From contig NC_045697.1 of NCBI RefSeq assembly GCF_009834535.1, positions 10,852,001-10,916,000 of the forward strand: a stretch of DNA of 64,000 nucleotides, in the 5' to 3' direction. Shown piece by piece: positions 51,311-64,000 of the stretch (its first letter is position 1; each line of letters begins with the position of its first letter). The DNA comes from Camelus ferus. Its lineage: Eukaryota. The position numbers and the translations under genes are program-made. Under the pieces are notes generated by a model, which worked only from the letters and a program-made list of their open reading frames with translations, made no database searches and was not told the DNA's origin.

Positions 51311-51362
51311 TCTATCTCTCCATTCTGTTGATTCTGTTTCTCTGAAGAACCTTAGCAAATAT
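50826..51362 (+). mobile_element. ERVL LTR, MLT2-like
   Basis: tgtgaaggtgaatttgatgcatcaacttg ... ggacttctcagcctccataattgtgtgagccagttcc ... (TCTA)n ... gattctgtttctctgaagaacct. Confidence 0.85.
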
Positions 51363-51504
51363 GCCAATCAAGGGGCAAATCACATATGGGAAAAAAAGCT
51401 CTCGATAAAGAATGGAAGTACTTATGTAAATACGAAAGACTAGATATTAAGTAAAACTCCTCCCATGAGAGCACAGCTAAAAATGCTAGATAAAGTACTT
51501 TAAA

Positions 51505-54340
51505 GTATTTTATTAATAAATCTTACATTTTAGAACAGTTCTAGATTTACAAGAAAATTGCAAACCTGGTGTAGAGTTTCCACAGAACCTCACACCCAGT
51601 TTCTTTTATTATTATCATCATTTTACATTGGTAGAGTATATTTGTTATGATTAATTAAACAATATCGATACATTATTATTAATTAAAATCCATAAGTTTT
51701 TCAGATTTCCTTAATTTTTACTTAACGTCTTTTTTTTTTCTGTTCCAAGTTTCCATACAGTATAGACATTACGTTCAAATGCCATGTTTTCTAGGGTTGT
51801 CTTGGCTGATTCTCAGACTGTCCTCATGTTTGATGTTGTCGATGCTTCTGAAGATTACTGGCATATTCTGCAGAATGCCTCTCAGTTGGTATTTGTCTGT
51901 TGCTTTTCTCATGATTAGCCTAGAGTCAGAGGCTTTGGAAGAAAGAAGATAAAGGTAAATGGCATTTTTATCACATTATGTCAAGAGTATATACAACCAG
52001 AACGCCTTATCACTGCTGATGTCGGCCCTGATTACCTAGAAGGGGTGGTGTTTGTCAGAGTTTTCCACTGTGGAGTTACTTCCTTCACTCCCTCCTCTCC
52101 CCTTGCTCAGCTACTGTGCTGTGGCAGGAAGTCTTTACTTGTAATTCACATTTAAAAAGTGGGCAATTATGCTCCATCTCCTTAGGTCAGAGTATCTACA
52201 TATACTATTTGGAATTTTTCTGCATAGAAGTTTTGCCTCTTCTCTCACACTTATTTATTTATATCAGTGAGGCTTATGATAATTTATTTTATGCCTTAGG
52301 TTATGATCCAGTATTACTTTATTCTGTTGCTCTTTTTTTCCCCCCCAGTTTGACCATCTGCGATTTTTTCACTTAGCTCTTATTTCCCTTTGACATGCCC
52401 CCATCATTGTCTGTGTCAGTACTTTCTTTCTTTCTGTCCTTGTAAGATGCTCCAGGCTCATCCAGTATATTCCCTGCTTCAGCACTAGAGTCAGCCATTT
52501 TTCCAAGAGACTCTGGTTCCTTTTGTTGAAGAATGGTATTAGAAACCAAGATCTGCACTAAGTGTGTTCATTACTACTGGAGGGTTGTTACTTTTAGGTC
52601 TCCACAGCTGACAAAACAGGGGAATATGTGTGCGTATATTAATTCATGCATATACAGATATCTATAAATATTTCTGTATGTTACCATCTGTATCTATATT
52701 CAGCCAAACGCGAGTTGATGCTGATGTCTTCAACTCTGATTCGTTATCACAGGAATCATTCTAGCCTTTTCCCTGGCTTGTCTGTAGTCTTCCACTTCAA
52801 CAGTGAGAAAACTACCATTTTCCATCCATTTTACTTAATTGTTCATCTTTAGTATATAAGCATAGCAGTATCAGAATTGTTAATCAATACACTTGGGGTA
52901 AACAATTTTACCAACCAGTGTATGGTGCTGATTGTATGAGTATAATTTATTTTGCATTTAGTTTTACAGACTCTACTTATTTCTGGATTTGCTTAGGTAA
53001 GGACCTTTTCCTCCGACCCCTTCAAGTGAGGTTGTTTCATGCATTTCCAATGCATTTAGATTGTATTGTCACATTCTATATTCCATCTTGGGGTTCTACT
53101 GACCACTTAAGTAGTTATTTTTTTACTTGAATGCTTAAGATGCACTCTTTGCTCAGTAAAGTCCAATGGGTTTTGACAAATGCATAGTGTGATATATCCA
53201 CAGTATCATACTATTTCAGACAGAATGGTTTTACCTCCCTGAAAAAATTCACCTGTTCACATCTCCATTCTCTCCTCTGAAGCTCTTGGCAACTACTGAT
53301 TTTTTTTACTGTCTATAGTTTTGCCTTTTCTAGAGGATTATATAAATAGAATTATATAGTATGTAGTATTTGTATATTAGTTTCTTTCACTTAGTGATAT
53401 ACATTTAAGGTTAACCCATGTCTCTTCATGGCATTATTGCTCATTTTTATTGGTGAATAATATTCCCTTGTATAGCTGTACCACAGTTTCCTTAATCCTT
53501 TTATCTATTGAAGAATATCTTGATTGCTTCCAGTTTTTGGCAATTATGGATAAAGCTGCTATAGACATTTACATTCAGGTTTTGTGTGGACATAACTTTT
53601 CAAGTCTATTGTGTAAATATCTAGGAATGCAATTGCTAGATTTTGTTTATTTTGTAAAAAACCTGCCAAACTGTCTTCCAAGTGGCAGTATAATTTTACA
53701 TCCCCACAAGCAAGGAAGGCAAATTGTTTGTTTTGAAACTTTTCCAGGAATTGGTATTGTCAGTATTTAAAAATTTAGTATTCTGGTAGGTGTGTGGTAG
53801 GATCTCATTGTTGTCTTAATTTGTAGTTCCCTTGTGACAAATTGTTTTAGTTCATTCAGGCTGCTATAACAAAAATACCATAGACTGGGTGGCTTAAAAA
53901 ACAAACATTTGTTTCCCAGAGTTCTGTTGGCTGAGAAGTTTAAGATCAAGATGCTGTCAAATTCAGTGTCTGGTGAGGGTCTGCTTCCTGGTTCATAGGT
54001 CAATGTCTTCTCATTATGTCCTTAAATAGTGGAAGAGGCTAGGGAGCTCTCTGGGGTCTCTTTTACTCGGGCAGTAATCTCATTCATGTGGGCTCTATCT
54101 CCATGACCTAATCCCTTCCTGAAGGTCCCACTTTTAAATAGCATTGTCTTGGGGATTAGGTTTCAACATATGGATTTCAGGGGAAACAAGCATTCAGTTT
54201 ACAACATACATGATTCAAGCAGCTTTTAATGTACTTATTTGTCATCTGTGTATCTTCTTTGATGAGTTGTCTGTTCAGATTTTTGCCCATTTTTCAGCTG
54301 AGCTTTTGCTTTGCTTATTGTTGAGTCTTAAAATACCTCT
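51505..54340 (-). mobile_element. L1MD-like 3' UTR and ORF2 end
   Basis: ccatctgtatctatattcagccaaacgcgagttgatgctgatgtcttcaactctgattc is the reverse complement of about 8200-8260. ORF2-end text is present at 53500-54330. Confidence 0.75.
53843..54206 (-). mobile_element. MaLR LTR, MLT1A-like, nested in L1
   Basis: tgttttagttcattcaggctgctataacaaaaataccatagactgggtggctt ... aagcattcagtttacaaca. Confidence 0.85.
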
Positions 54341-55852
54341 TTAAGTGCCAGATAAATTTGCAGGAAAGAAGGAAGTTCTTCAAAGTACTGACATGGCAAG
54401 AAAGTTTAAATTCATGTGTAAGCAAACACTGGAACCAGCATTTTTTTCCTGGAGATTTTTGCCAATGCCTGGAAGTCTAGAATTTGGTGTTAATGTGTAA
54501 TGCAGTGGCAAATGGGAGAGAAGGGTGAGGGCCTAAACTGGGGGAGGTCAGAAGATTAGTATTGAACAGAAACTGCAAGGAATGAAAAAAAAATCCAACC
54601 AACTGAAAAATCAAAGCAGAAAACTTGCTCTGCAGAAGAAGTAGCAAAGAGATTGTTTTTCCAAGCCTATGGATATTTGGATGGATGATGAATGAATTGG
54701 TCGTCTGGGGGAGGTGGGTGGGTGGGGTGGAAATGAGCAGGGATAAAACAATGTCTACACTATCAATCTTAATTGTAACTCAGATTCACATGGGGATGGG
54801 TAAGAATTCACACCGTCTGGGTAGACATACTCATGAAAATCCCCAGTTAAAATACAATTTAATTCTCATTTATATTTCCTATCTTTTTATTTTCCTGTCT
54901 GCATTACCTGTAATTTCTTCATGTCTATCTTCCAGTTCACATATTCTCACTTTGGATTGGTAAGATCTTCATTAATCAAATGTCAAATACCAATTGTTTC
55001 TGGAAGAAAAGACTTTAAACTCAGACCTCAAATAATAATCAAACATAAAATTCCAGGGAGCATGAGTTCATACACACACACACACAGACACACACACACA
55101 CACACCCAACAAAAGCACAAGGAAAAGAAGCTATCATGAACAAGTTAACAAATAGAAAAAAAAATGTGAGGTCAAATCCCAAACTGGAGTTTTCAGATAT
55201 AGGATACTAAATGAACATATTCAAATGTTAAAAATCTAAAAGGATCAAAAATATGATAAAAGTACAAGAGACTACCACAACTGACCCATCACAATTGGAA
55301 TAAAACATATGTGACATCAAGAAATTTAAAAAGTAAAAAAATAATATTAAAACTCAGTGGAAAGACTAATGTAGATTAGAGACATTAAAAGAGAGAATAA
55401 GTGATCTGGGAGATAGGTTTGAGGAAATTACATAGAATGCATCTCCACAGAGACAAGAGATGGGAAGTATGAATGAGAATAAAAGAACATGAATGAGTTA
55501 GGAAGTCAAACATAAGCCTAATGGAAGTTCCAGAAAGTTGACAGAGAAGAGGGAGAAGTCATATTAAAAAAATAATGTCTGAGCACATTTCTTACATTCT
55601 TACACTCATGATTCTTACAATCATTTTTTACATTCATGAGGCAGATAAATCCCAAACAAGATACATAAAGTGTAAGTCACATCTGGAAACACAGTGAATT
55701 GAACAGAAACTGCAAGGAACGAAAAAAAAAGGTTAGTAAAGAAGTTTAGTAAAGAAGAATAGAAGAACTTAAACCATTAAGAGATAAAAGATTGAAATGT
55801 ATGAAGAAACTAAAATTAGCCTGACAACTGATTTCTGAATAGTAACAAAGCT

Positions 55853-55965
55853 AAACTTATTATGGTAATCATTTCACAATATATGTAAGTCAAGTCATTA
55901 TGTTATACACCTTAAACTTACACAGTGCTGCAGGTCAGTTTTATCTCAATAAAGCTGAAAAAAAA
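55853..55965 (+). mobile_element. L1 3' terminal fragment nested in older L1 ORF1
   Basis: ggtaatcatttcacaatatatgtaag...acaccttaaacttacacagtgct...ctcaataaagctgaaaaaaaa. Degenerate TSD agtaacaaag / agtatcaaag. Confidence 0.7.
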
Positions 55966-56460
55966 GAGTATCAAAGGAAGCTAGAAGACTGGGAAATTTT
56001 CTTCAGAACTGAGAGAAAATAACTCTCAAATAATAATTCTATATTAATATTATTAACATTATATATTAGGGGACTTGCGCTTCTGGATATGGAGACATTA
56101 TAATAAAGCTGTAGTAATTAAGGTACTGTGACATTGATATGGAGATAGTTAGGCAGGTCAGCAGGATGAGCAGGGAGTCCAGCATCAGCTCTACACACAT
56201 ATATGGAAGCCTGTTAGATGACTTAGTTGGTCCTGAAGATCAGTGGAGAAAGGATGGAAAATTCTACAAATGGTGCAAAGACAATTCTTCATTTAAATGG
56301 AGATGGACAATTCTTTATTTAAATGAAAATGGATCTTCACTGTGTTTCAGACACAAAAAACAATTCTAGATGGATTGAGTACTTAATGTTAATGGCAAAA
56401 TTTAAAATCTTTTCGAAGAATATATAGGCTAATGTCTTTATTATCTTGCGATAGGAAGAA

Positions 56461-56888
56461 TTTTTTTTAAATTGAAGTATAGTCAGTTTGCAACATTGTG
56501 TCAATTTCTAACGTACAGTATGTTTCAGTCATACATGTATTCATTTTCATATTCTTTTTCATTAAAAGTTACTACGAGATGTTGAATAAAGTTCTCTGTG
56601 CTATACAGTTGAAACTTGTTGTTCATTTATTTTATGTATAGTGGTTAGTACCTGCAAATCTTGAACTCCCAATTTATCCCTTCCCAACCTCTTTCCTTCC
56701 AGTAACCATAAGTTTGTTTTTGTTTTGTCAAGTTCATTTGGGTTATTTGTTTATTTTTTTGGTTTCACATATAAGTGATATCATAGGGTATTTTTCTTTC
56801 TCTTTCTGGCTTACTTCACTTAGAATGACAATCTCCAGGTCCATTCATGTTGCTGCAAATGACATTATTTTATTCTTTTTTATGAGTA
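56461..56888 (-). mobile_element. Lineage-young L1 3' end
   Basis: T-tail, then attgaagtatagtcagtttgcaacattgtgtcaatttc ... ttctggcttacttcacttagaatgaca, as at 34110-34140. Confidence 0.85.
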
Positions 56889-57464
56889 GTAGGGTGAATG
56901 TCTTAAGACACAAAAAGCATAAACCATAAAGGGAAATGTTGATAAATTCAACTAAGTTAAAATGGGCAACTTTTGTTGCTCAGAACACATTATACACAGA
57001 GTGAAAAGGTAATGCATAAACCTAGAGACCATATTTTTAACATATGTAATTGACAGAGTACTGTTGTGTACAATATGTTTAAAGAAAAACTCCTGAGAAT
57101 CAACAAGAAAAAAGCTGAATGATTCCAGTGGATAAATGGAATAAAGACATGAATAGGAATTTCACAAAAGGGTAAACGTAAATGGTCAATAAAGCAGGGA
57201 AAAGATACTCAATCTCCTTAGAAATGAAAGAAATGCTAATTAAAATAGGAAATAAAATTTTACAACTGTTAGATTGGCTAGCAAAAACCTTGAAAATGCC
57301 AATTGTTGGCAAGAATGTGGAGTAATGAGAACCCTTGTACCCTGCAGGTAGGAGCATACATCGGCATAAAACAGTTTGCGATGATCTAATAAAGTTGAAG
57401 ATCCACACATCCTATGACCCTCAATTCTACTCCTGGATATTTGTTCTTTGGCACTGGTTCATGC

Positions 57465-59275
57465 TGTAGTGCAAATGTTTCCCAGGGCTTCATGAAGATT
57501 TTCCAGGGGGTCTGCAAACATAGTTTGTTTTAAGTGAATCAATTTTTAGACCTTCAATTTCTGTATTCATTCTTTTCTAAAATTTTGTCTGATAACACAT
57601 TTTGGATAAGAACTTCTCGTTGGTTCTCCCTTTCCTAACTCCCCTTTCGCACTCATCCTTATTCTGTGGTTACAAAAGAAAATCTCTCACAGACCTTCTC
57701 TTCCTCTGTGCATCGCCCTGGAATATAAAAATCTTTGGGGAGCACCAAAAAGGCAATGCAAGATATGGTTTCCCTGAAGCTTCCTTCAGTCAAGATGCCT
57801 TTAACCTGTGGTAGGGCTTCGTGATTTTTGTGGTCTTGTGAATTTTTCTGTTAAGAGCAGATTATTGTGCTGGAAATGGAATCTTTTGGTTCAGCTCAGG
57901 ATATTCTGAGTCCAGCAGGAGTGCTGACAATTTTCCTTACCTCTTGAAATCTCTGACTACCATCCAAATTGCATCACTGTTGTGAATATCGAAGGTGCCA
58001 GTCCCTTATTTCACCCAGGTAACACATCCAGAGCAAGGCTATATCTCTATCACCTGTCCAACCATCCATCCATCCATCATCCATCCATCCATCCATCCAT
58101 TTATTATCTATGTTAGAGTCATAAGGCAAAAGTGAAATGTTTGTCAGGGCTTCATGGTAACACATTTATTTAATATGAGATATGAAATCAGATCTTTATT
58201 TCTGATGCAAAGTCTGGCCTGGTTGATTGGTTAAAACTAAGGATTAGTTTTGCCTGTTCAGTTATATACTGGTTATTACCCATAAATTAAATTGGTTCTA
58301 TCCTCATTTCTTAAGTTTAAATGAAAATATTTTAAAAGCACGTTAGGATAAAAACATTTTATCTAAAATATTACATCAGCAAAATTTGATGAGAATCAAC
58401 AGTATTTCCTTTTCCTAACCCTGTCCAGGGTGTATAACCTGTATCAGGTTAAACAAAGGGATTATAAGTGAAAAAATTCCAGGTGTGATGAACAGTTATT
58501 TGATAAATCTTTTTGGACAAGACATAATGATAGAGCCTCTTTGTTATATTTCCCAGAAACTGAAAAAAATGAATACTTCAAATGACTGAAAAAAGTTTTT
58601 ACAAGTCAAGTGGTCTGCAAGTCTTTACTTTCAACCAAATCAAAAAAGGTTCTAACCAAGTTGTCAGCTGAGGGATCATTAACAGTAATTTTTAAAGCTG
58701 TTAGATTACTAAGTGATTTTTTTGCATAAAATATAGAAAGAGTTCAAAGAATGGAATGACTTTTCTATAACATTCTTTCCATTTCCAGCTTTAATATCAA
58801 TGGTGATATTTCTGCCTTGAAAATTTCTAGAATGTCCAGAGAAGCAGCAGCAACTCCAGGAATGTCTATAGGCTGAAGCCTGTTGTGTTAGCCTGGACGA
58901 GGGAGACTGGGCTGGGAGACAGCTGGAGACCCAGGCACTGCCTGCCATCTTCTGTGCCCGCAGACAGGGTTGCCTGCTGTTTTCCATCCCCCTCCCCCCA
59001 GCCTCCTTCTCTCCTTGACGTCCTCTCTCTGTCCCACACCTGCAGAAGATAAAGTCTCATTTGAGAATAGGAACTGGTGGAAGGAAGTGCCTGCCACTTA
59101 TGGCTCTATATTTGAATTTGCATTATCACAAGGTTTTACCATGTTTATAGCGTGACCAATATTCCAGTCTATGTAACGATTTAAGATGCTATTGAAAAAT
59201 TTTAGATGTTTACTTAAAAATATTTGAGGGATTATTTAGCTTTTCAATAGTTTTTAGCAGATACTCAGGCCAAAA
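57465..59275 (+). mobile_element. Probable hAT (Charlie-like) DNA transposon remnant, fragmented
   Basis: 58660-58790 resembles the decayed hAT C-terminal dimerisation region (..IxKEFKE....FPFP), followed after an interruption by caaggtttt (QGF) near 59130. Confidence 0.4.
58058..58100. repeat. (TCCA)n microsatellite
   Basis: Read directly. Confidence 0.9.
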
Positions 59276-59294
59276 AACTTTATTATTTTTTTGA

Positions 59295-59790
59295 GGACTT
59301 TTGCCTTAGGAAAATTCTCGCATATACACAATAAGGCTCATATAGAAGCTTATTTTTTTTGTTCATAATAGCAAAATGCTAGAAACAATCAAATGCCCAT
59401 TTACAGTAGAGTCAAAAAATAACATATGATGCATTTAAACAATGGAATACTATACAGCAATGAAATTTAACAAGTGAGAGTTATGTTTCTCAAAGCTGAG
59501 TGAAAAAAGCAAATACAAAAGAATATATACAGTATGATTTCTTTTATCCAAAGTTCAAAACCAAGCAAAACTAAGCATTATATTGTTTGGGGTTTACCAT
59601 GGCAAAATCATAAAGAAAAGCAAGTGACAGCATAAAATTTAGGATAAAGTTTCTCATGGTTAGCAGGGTAAGGCAATGCATTAGGCGTGCATGAGAACAT
59701 CACAGATAGTATTCTATTTGTCAAACTCCAAGGTGGATACTGAGTTTTTATCCTGTTATTAAAATTATGAATATGTATTATATATATAAA
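59295..59790 (+). mobile_element. Ancient L1 (L1ME-like) 3' end
   Basis: gttcataatagcaaaatgctagaaacaatcaaatgccc ... aatggaatactatacagcaatgaaa. Confidence 0.75.
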
Positions 59791-61034
59791 CTATCCTCTA
59801 TTATGTAAATAATTAAATTATTACTAATAAAATATTATAAATAATTTTGTTAATTATAAACTTAATATTAAGATATTATATTCATACTATTATAAATTAT
59901 AATATTTTAAAATGAAATGCAAGGGAAACACAGGTGTGTCTGAGGCTCAGATATTACTGTCAAGGGATAAAGGTGGAAGTTAAGATGAGCGAGAAGAAAC
60001 TGGGAGCTCTTGTGGGTGGTGACCTATCCCTTTTCCTGTTGGGACTTTCTCTTGTCCATCCCCAACCCAGCCCACCTCCAGGAACCTCCAGGCAGCTGGG
60101 GAGTTGGCATCGGGAGGGTAGCAGTGTTCGTGTTCTGCATATCCTTTCTGTTTTGACACAAGACCCCCACTGGTAGCTGGGGCACAGAAGCGAAGTCATG
60201 GTTGGGGAGAGGGTCTGGAGGGAAGGAAGCAGCCCAGCAGCCTCCGGTCTCAGCGGGGACCTGAAGTGCTTATCAGGAGCTCAACTGGAAGTTCACAGGG
60301 GTGACTGGGTGTCAGTGGGTTTGCAGGGGCAAAAGGCCCACTCCAGACTTGTTGATTCCAGGACTATGAGAGCAAGAGCAATTCCAGACACCACTAGCCT
60401 GTGAGCCCAGGCTCCCCAGCACAACCTGCGACATTCAGAGTCTGCTCAGGACCTCGCCTTTCGAAGCAGGCTGACCCCTTCACTCTCTCTGTCCCCAGGT
60501 CCATTCTCAGAATACCTTGGACCCATTCCTTTTGCTTCCAAAATTCCTTTTGTTCTTGTCCCTTGCTCATCCTTAGTCGATATTTGGGCTTGGAACCGTG
60601 GGCTTTTTCTACTGTTATTGTTCCTTGAACTTGGTAAGTGATGTCTGAGTGAGACAGCTGGTTTAACCTTGGCTCTGCCTAAAGATGGGGCTCATTTACA
60701 GTCTCCCTCCGGGTCATTGGGAGCTCCACCTGGGAAATGAAGCTGGTACCAGCTCACTGTGGTGTCCTGAAGGGACCTTCCATGCTGGTTTGAAGGTCTT
60801 TGAGGAACTGGGATGGGCAATAAATGCCACAGTGTAGACTTCGTCTCCCGATGCCTTAAATATTTACTGTGAGGACAGCTGAAGGCTTTGATGGGACTAG
60901 AGCAAAGAACGTTGACAGGAGTTGTACTCAGTGAGAAGGGAGCGGGGCTGGAGGCCTTTATCCAGTCTTCTCCTGAGCGATTTTCATGAACATCATTCTT
61001 TCCAATAGGTCATGCAGATAGAGTACTAAACACT

Positions 61035-61245
61035 GACTATCCAGTCTTCCACTTGGAAAGTTACAATGCAGAGTGATTTTTTAAAGGCTCTGAGAAGTTG
61101 TGCAATAAAGATTTAATCCTGTGTTTGCCAAACATAAAGGATCATGAGAATTCATCATTCCTTGCTTCCCTCCCCCACTCCCTCCTTCCTTCCTTGATTT
61201 CTTCTAACATCCCAAAGGACTAGACTTGTCTAGAATGCAGCTTGG
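61035..61245. mobile_element. Non-autonomous hAT element (MER103-like)
   Basis: ttttttaaaggctctgagaagttgtgcaataaaga...tgtttgccaaaca. Confidence 0.45.
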
Positions 61246-64000
61246 GAGACACAGCTCCGGCGATGGGGCTCAATCCACAATAGCAAGTGAAAACTGGGTC
61301 TCATGGCCACTGTGCACTGAGCAGCCAGCCGACCTTGACCGCCTGGTGCACTTGAGGAAGCACAAATCAACAAGTTCTGTGGCTTCACTGAAAAAAGCAT
61401 GTTGGAAGGTCACCCGACAGATGTTTTGTATTATTAGTTGAGCTGGAAGAACTCATTACTACTAATGAGAATGAATTTATGTCATTTTATTGACATACAT
61501 TTACCAGTAAAAATGTAGCTCTAAAGCATAGAGTGGTCCCGTTACACACGGTTCTAGAATCTTTCAATGCGTTTCCATGATAAATTATTTTACTTAATTG
61601 GCACCTTCTGTCATTCTAGTGACATTTTGCCTTCTGATTGTATAATCAGTTCTTCATTATTGATGGTCTACAACCGAATCATAAGACATTTCAAAACATT
61701 GTAAGGTGTTTAAATCATTTATATGTAATCTTCAAGCATATTCATTCCTTCTATAAACATCAGGAGCGTACTGAGATCACAGTTCCCTGCTAAGTCAGAG
61801 AATCAGACGATGGAACAGAATCAACTTCACTTTCTAAGGAAGTTTTAACAGTGTAAGCCTCCTTCATGCAAAGTGGTGCTATAGGGCCTTCCCACCCCTG
61901 GGGCATTTATTCAGTTATTATCGTCTCTTTTTTGCAAGTGAGGAATCTGAGACATAGCGACGTTAAACTCCCCTAGGGTCAGTTATGCTGTGAGATTCAA
62001 CATGAGAGAAAAAAATCAAGATCTCAGGATAGACTGCACTTTAAGTAGGGAGGCTTTGCACTGGAATCAGCAAAGCTTAAAAGCACTGGTGACGCCCAAA
62101 CAGGGGCTTAAACTAAACAAGGGCTGCCCAACCCTCCCTGCTGGCCAATTTCTGAGTCCGTGAGAACTCCCCCCTCAAGAGTGCTGTGGTTTCAGAATTT
62201 GATCATTCTGACCAAGTTCTTTTAGTAGCCAAATCTGATCTTTTGACAGGAAAGAGCAGTGGTTTTATATCTTTTTTTTTTTTAAGGCGGTACTTGAATG
62301 CTTTCTTCAGATGAAGTAGCATAGAGATGCCTAATACAGAAACAGCTCAGGGAGGGGGGTCCTCTGAGTTCCTCCTTTTCAGCCTCTCCTTGTCCTTGGT
62401 AGTGGTGGCTTCAGCATGTCTAGATAAAAGGAGATTAGGACCATTCATCTGATTGTAAAGGGGGGAGACCTCATCTTAATCTACAATTAAACAGCAAAGT
62501 TTTATTAGATATTTAGATTATTTATTAGATTAGCTTATTATTCTGATGAGCTGTTATAGGTTATATTATATTATATAAACAAAATTATATTTAATACATA
62601 AAATATTACAGGTTAGATTATTATTATAAACCTTCATTAGACATAGGTTGTGCAGGTTTGTTAGATGTAGCCTAGGTGTGGGATTTTATTAGACTGTAGG
62701 TTATTTGGGGACCCCTGTGTATGGGGTAGCTGGTTAGAACAGGAGTGATTAAGACTCCTTCCACCAAGCACCCACTGGGTGTCCCTTTGTCCTCGAGCCC
62801 CTTCAGACCCCTCCACCGCCTGCCAGGCAGTTCAGACAGTACTGGTTTGGGGTGATAGCCCAGCTCTTGGCACTTGAAGCTGAGCATCCTGTGACCTTGG
62901 CAAACCTCCCCCTCTCCCTGAACACGGACTCCCTGGGCCCAGGAGGATTCAGCATCTTGCCCCCAGTCTGTCCCCCAGGATTTTCTGGAGATGAATGAAA
63001 TTGAATCCACAAAACCTTCTCTGTTCCTTGGGGAACAGGGAGATGTAAGGAGAAGAAGAGAAAAGATACCATTAAATTAAACTATCAGTAGCCTGGCCAC
63101 ACAGGGACAACATTCCTGGATCCAGCCTGTCCCATTGGAGCTGTTGACTGACTTATTTACAAAAAGGCTCAGAGCCTTTCCCCGCGGCTCCCTATATCAA
63201 GAAAGAATTGGAAAGTGATTGACAGTTTTGTCTTCCTTCTGGCAGTCCCTTGTGTTTTCCCCTACACTGCATACTCAGTGGAAATCTGTGGGACTGCATA
63301 AGAGGGCAGATGGCATGCAATCACGTGACCAGCAACTAAGCTCCCATCCTTGACACAGGCTTAGGCGGTGATCCAGCCTGAGACAAGGATTGCTGAGTTA
63401 CTGTAAAGAGAAAGCCTCTTCCAAATGCTCAGACTCCCTGGCTCTCACCACAGGCGTAGGGGACTTGACTGTGAATACTTCTGGAATCCTCTCTGCCTTG
63501 TTCTTGATTAACCATTGAGATGGCGATGTACATTTCAGCAAAATGTGAACCTCATTCTGCTCCAAGCAGAGAGCAAACTGTAAGAACTAGGCGTTGTCCT
63601 AAAACATTGATAGATGGATTCACCCATTCATTTATTTTTGTATCAAGCATTGTGCAAAGTAATGAAGAGGCAGATTGAAAAAGAAAATCAGTACACTGGT
63701 TCCTCACCTGGGTGTTAGATACGTGTGGACCCCCGGATACTGTAGGCAAAAAGCAAGGGTATGCTTATGTCCATTTATCTTGAGAGAGGATGTGTAGCTT
63801 TGATCAGATTCCCCAAAGTTTAAGAGCAGCTCGTTCATGGGAAGGATCTGTTGCAAAGACTTTTGTGATAAAGTGTAGAATACATTAATTCAATCCAAGT
63901 CAGATGGAGTGGTGATGGAATGTGCAGGTGAAATATGAATTTCCAAAGGTGGAAACACAGATGGCCCAGGTGTTAGCAGCTGGACAAGAAAAGCAGTGAA

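Larger units (their letters stand above)
54960..57445 (+). mobile_element. Ancient L1 (ORF1 remnant joined to the ORF2 3' third)
   Basis: ORF1-like text tagattagagacattaaaagagagaataagtgatctgg. ORF2-like text ggggacttgcgctt (GLAL) through cacatcctatgaccctcaattctactcctgg. Confidence 0.65.

Noticed and set aside
63320..63330. TCACGTGAC CLEAR/USF-like E-box
   Set aside because: Single isolated motif with no promoter context.
1..64000. CRISPR arrays, operons, tRNA/rRNA/snRNA genes, processed pseudogenes or a novel multi-gene system
   Set aside because: None seen. The sequence is mammalian repeat-rich non-coding DNA, and all recognisable coding remnants derive from transposons or ERVs.

Overview
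Mammalian non-coding, repeat-rich DNA, either intergenic or deep intronic. It is probably camelid: this is inferred from the lineage-young L1 3' ends and from the absence of any recognisable Alu, Bov-A/BovB, PRE1, ERE or CanSINE. I found no host protein-coding exon or RNA gene that I can support. The only ORFs in the track with recognisable homology are L1 ORF1/ORF2 fragments and an ERVL gag remnant. Most of the window is a nested fossil record of mobile elements. These include a near-full-length ancient L1 (about 1.9-8.3 kb) carrying three nested insertions and a large ORF2 deletion, HAL1/L1ME/L1MD/L2/MIR fragments, many MaLR/ERVL/ERV1 LTRs (several with intact TG..CA ends and TSDs), a two-LTR ERVL provirus remnant (45.8-48.9 kb) and a probable hAT transposase remnant. 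The most notable unexplained structures are a perfect 21-bp-stem hairpin (37772-37823), two local templated duplications (16675/17237 and 54561/55698), a young CpG-rich solo LTR (9015-9470) and a recursive-splice-like AG|GT motif (50112). I see no evidence for a novel multi-gene system. Family names come from recalled consensus similarity, not from a database search, and boundaries without TSDs are approximate.
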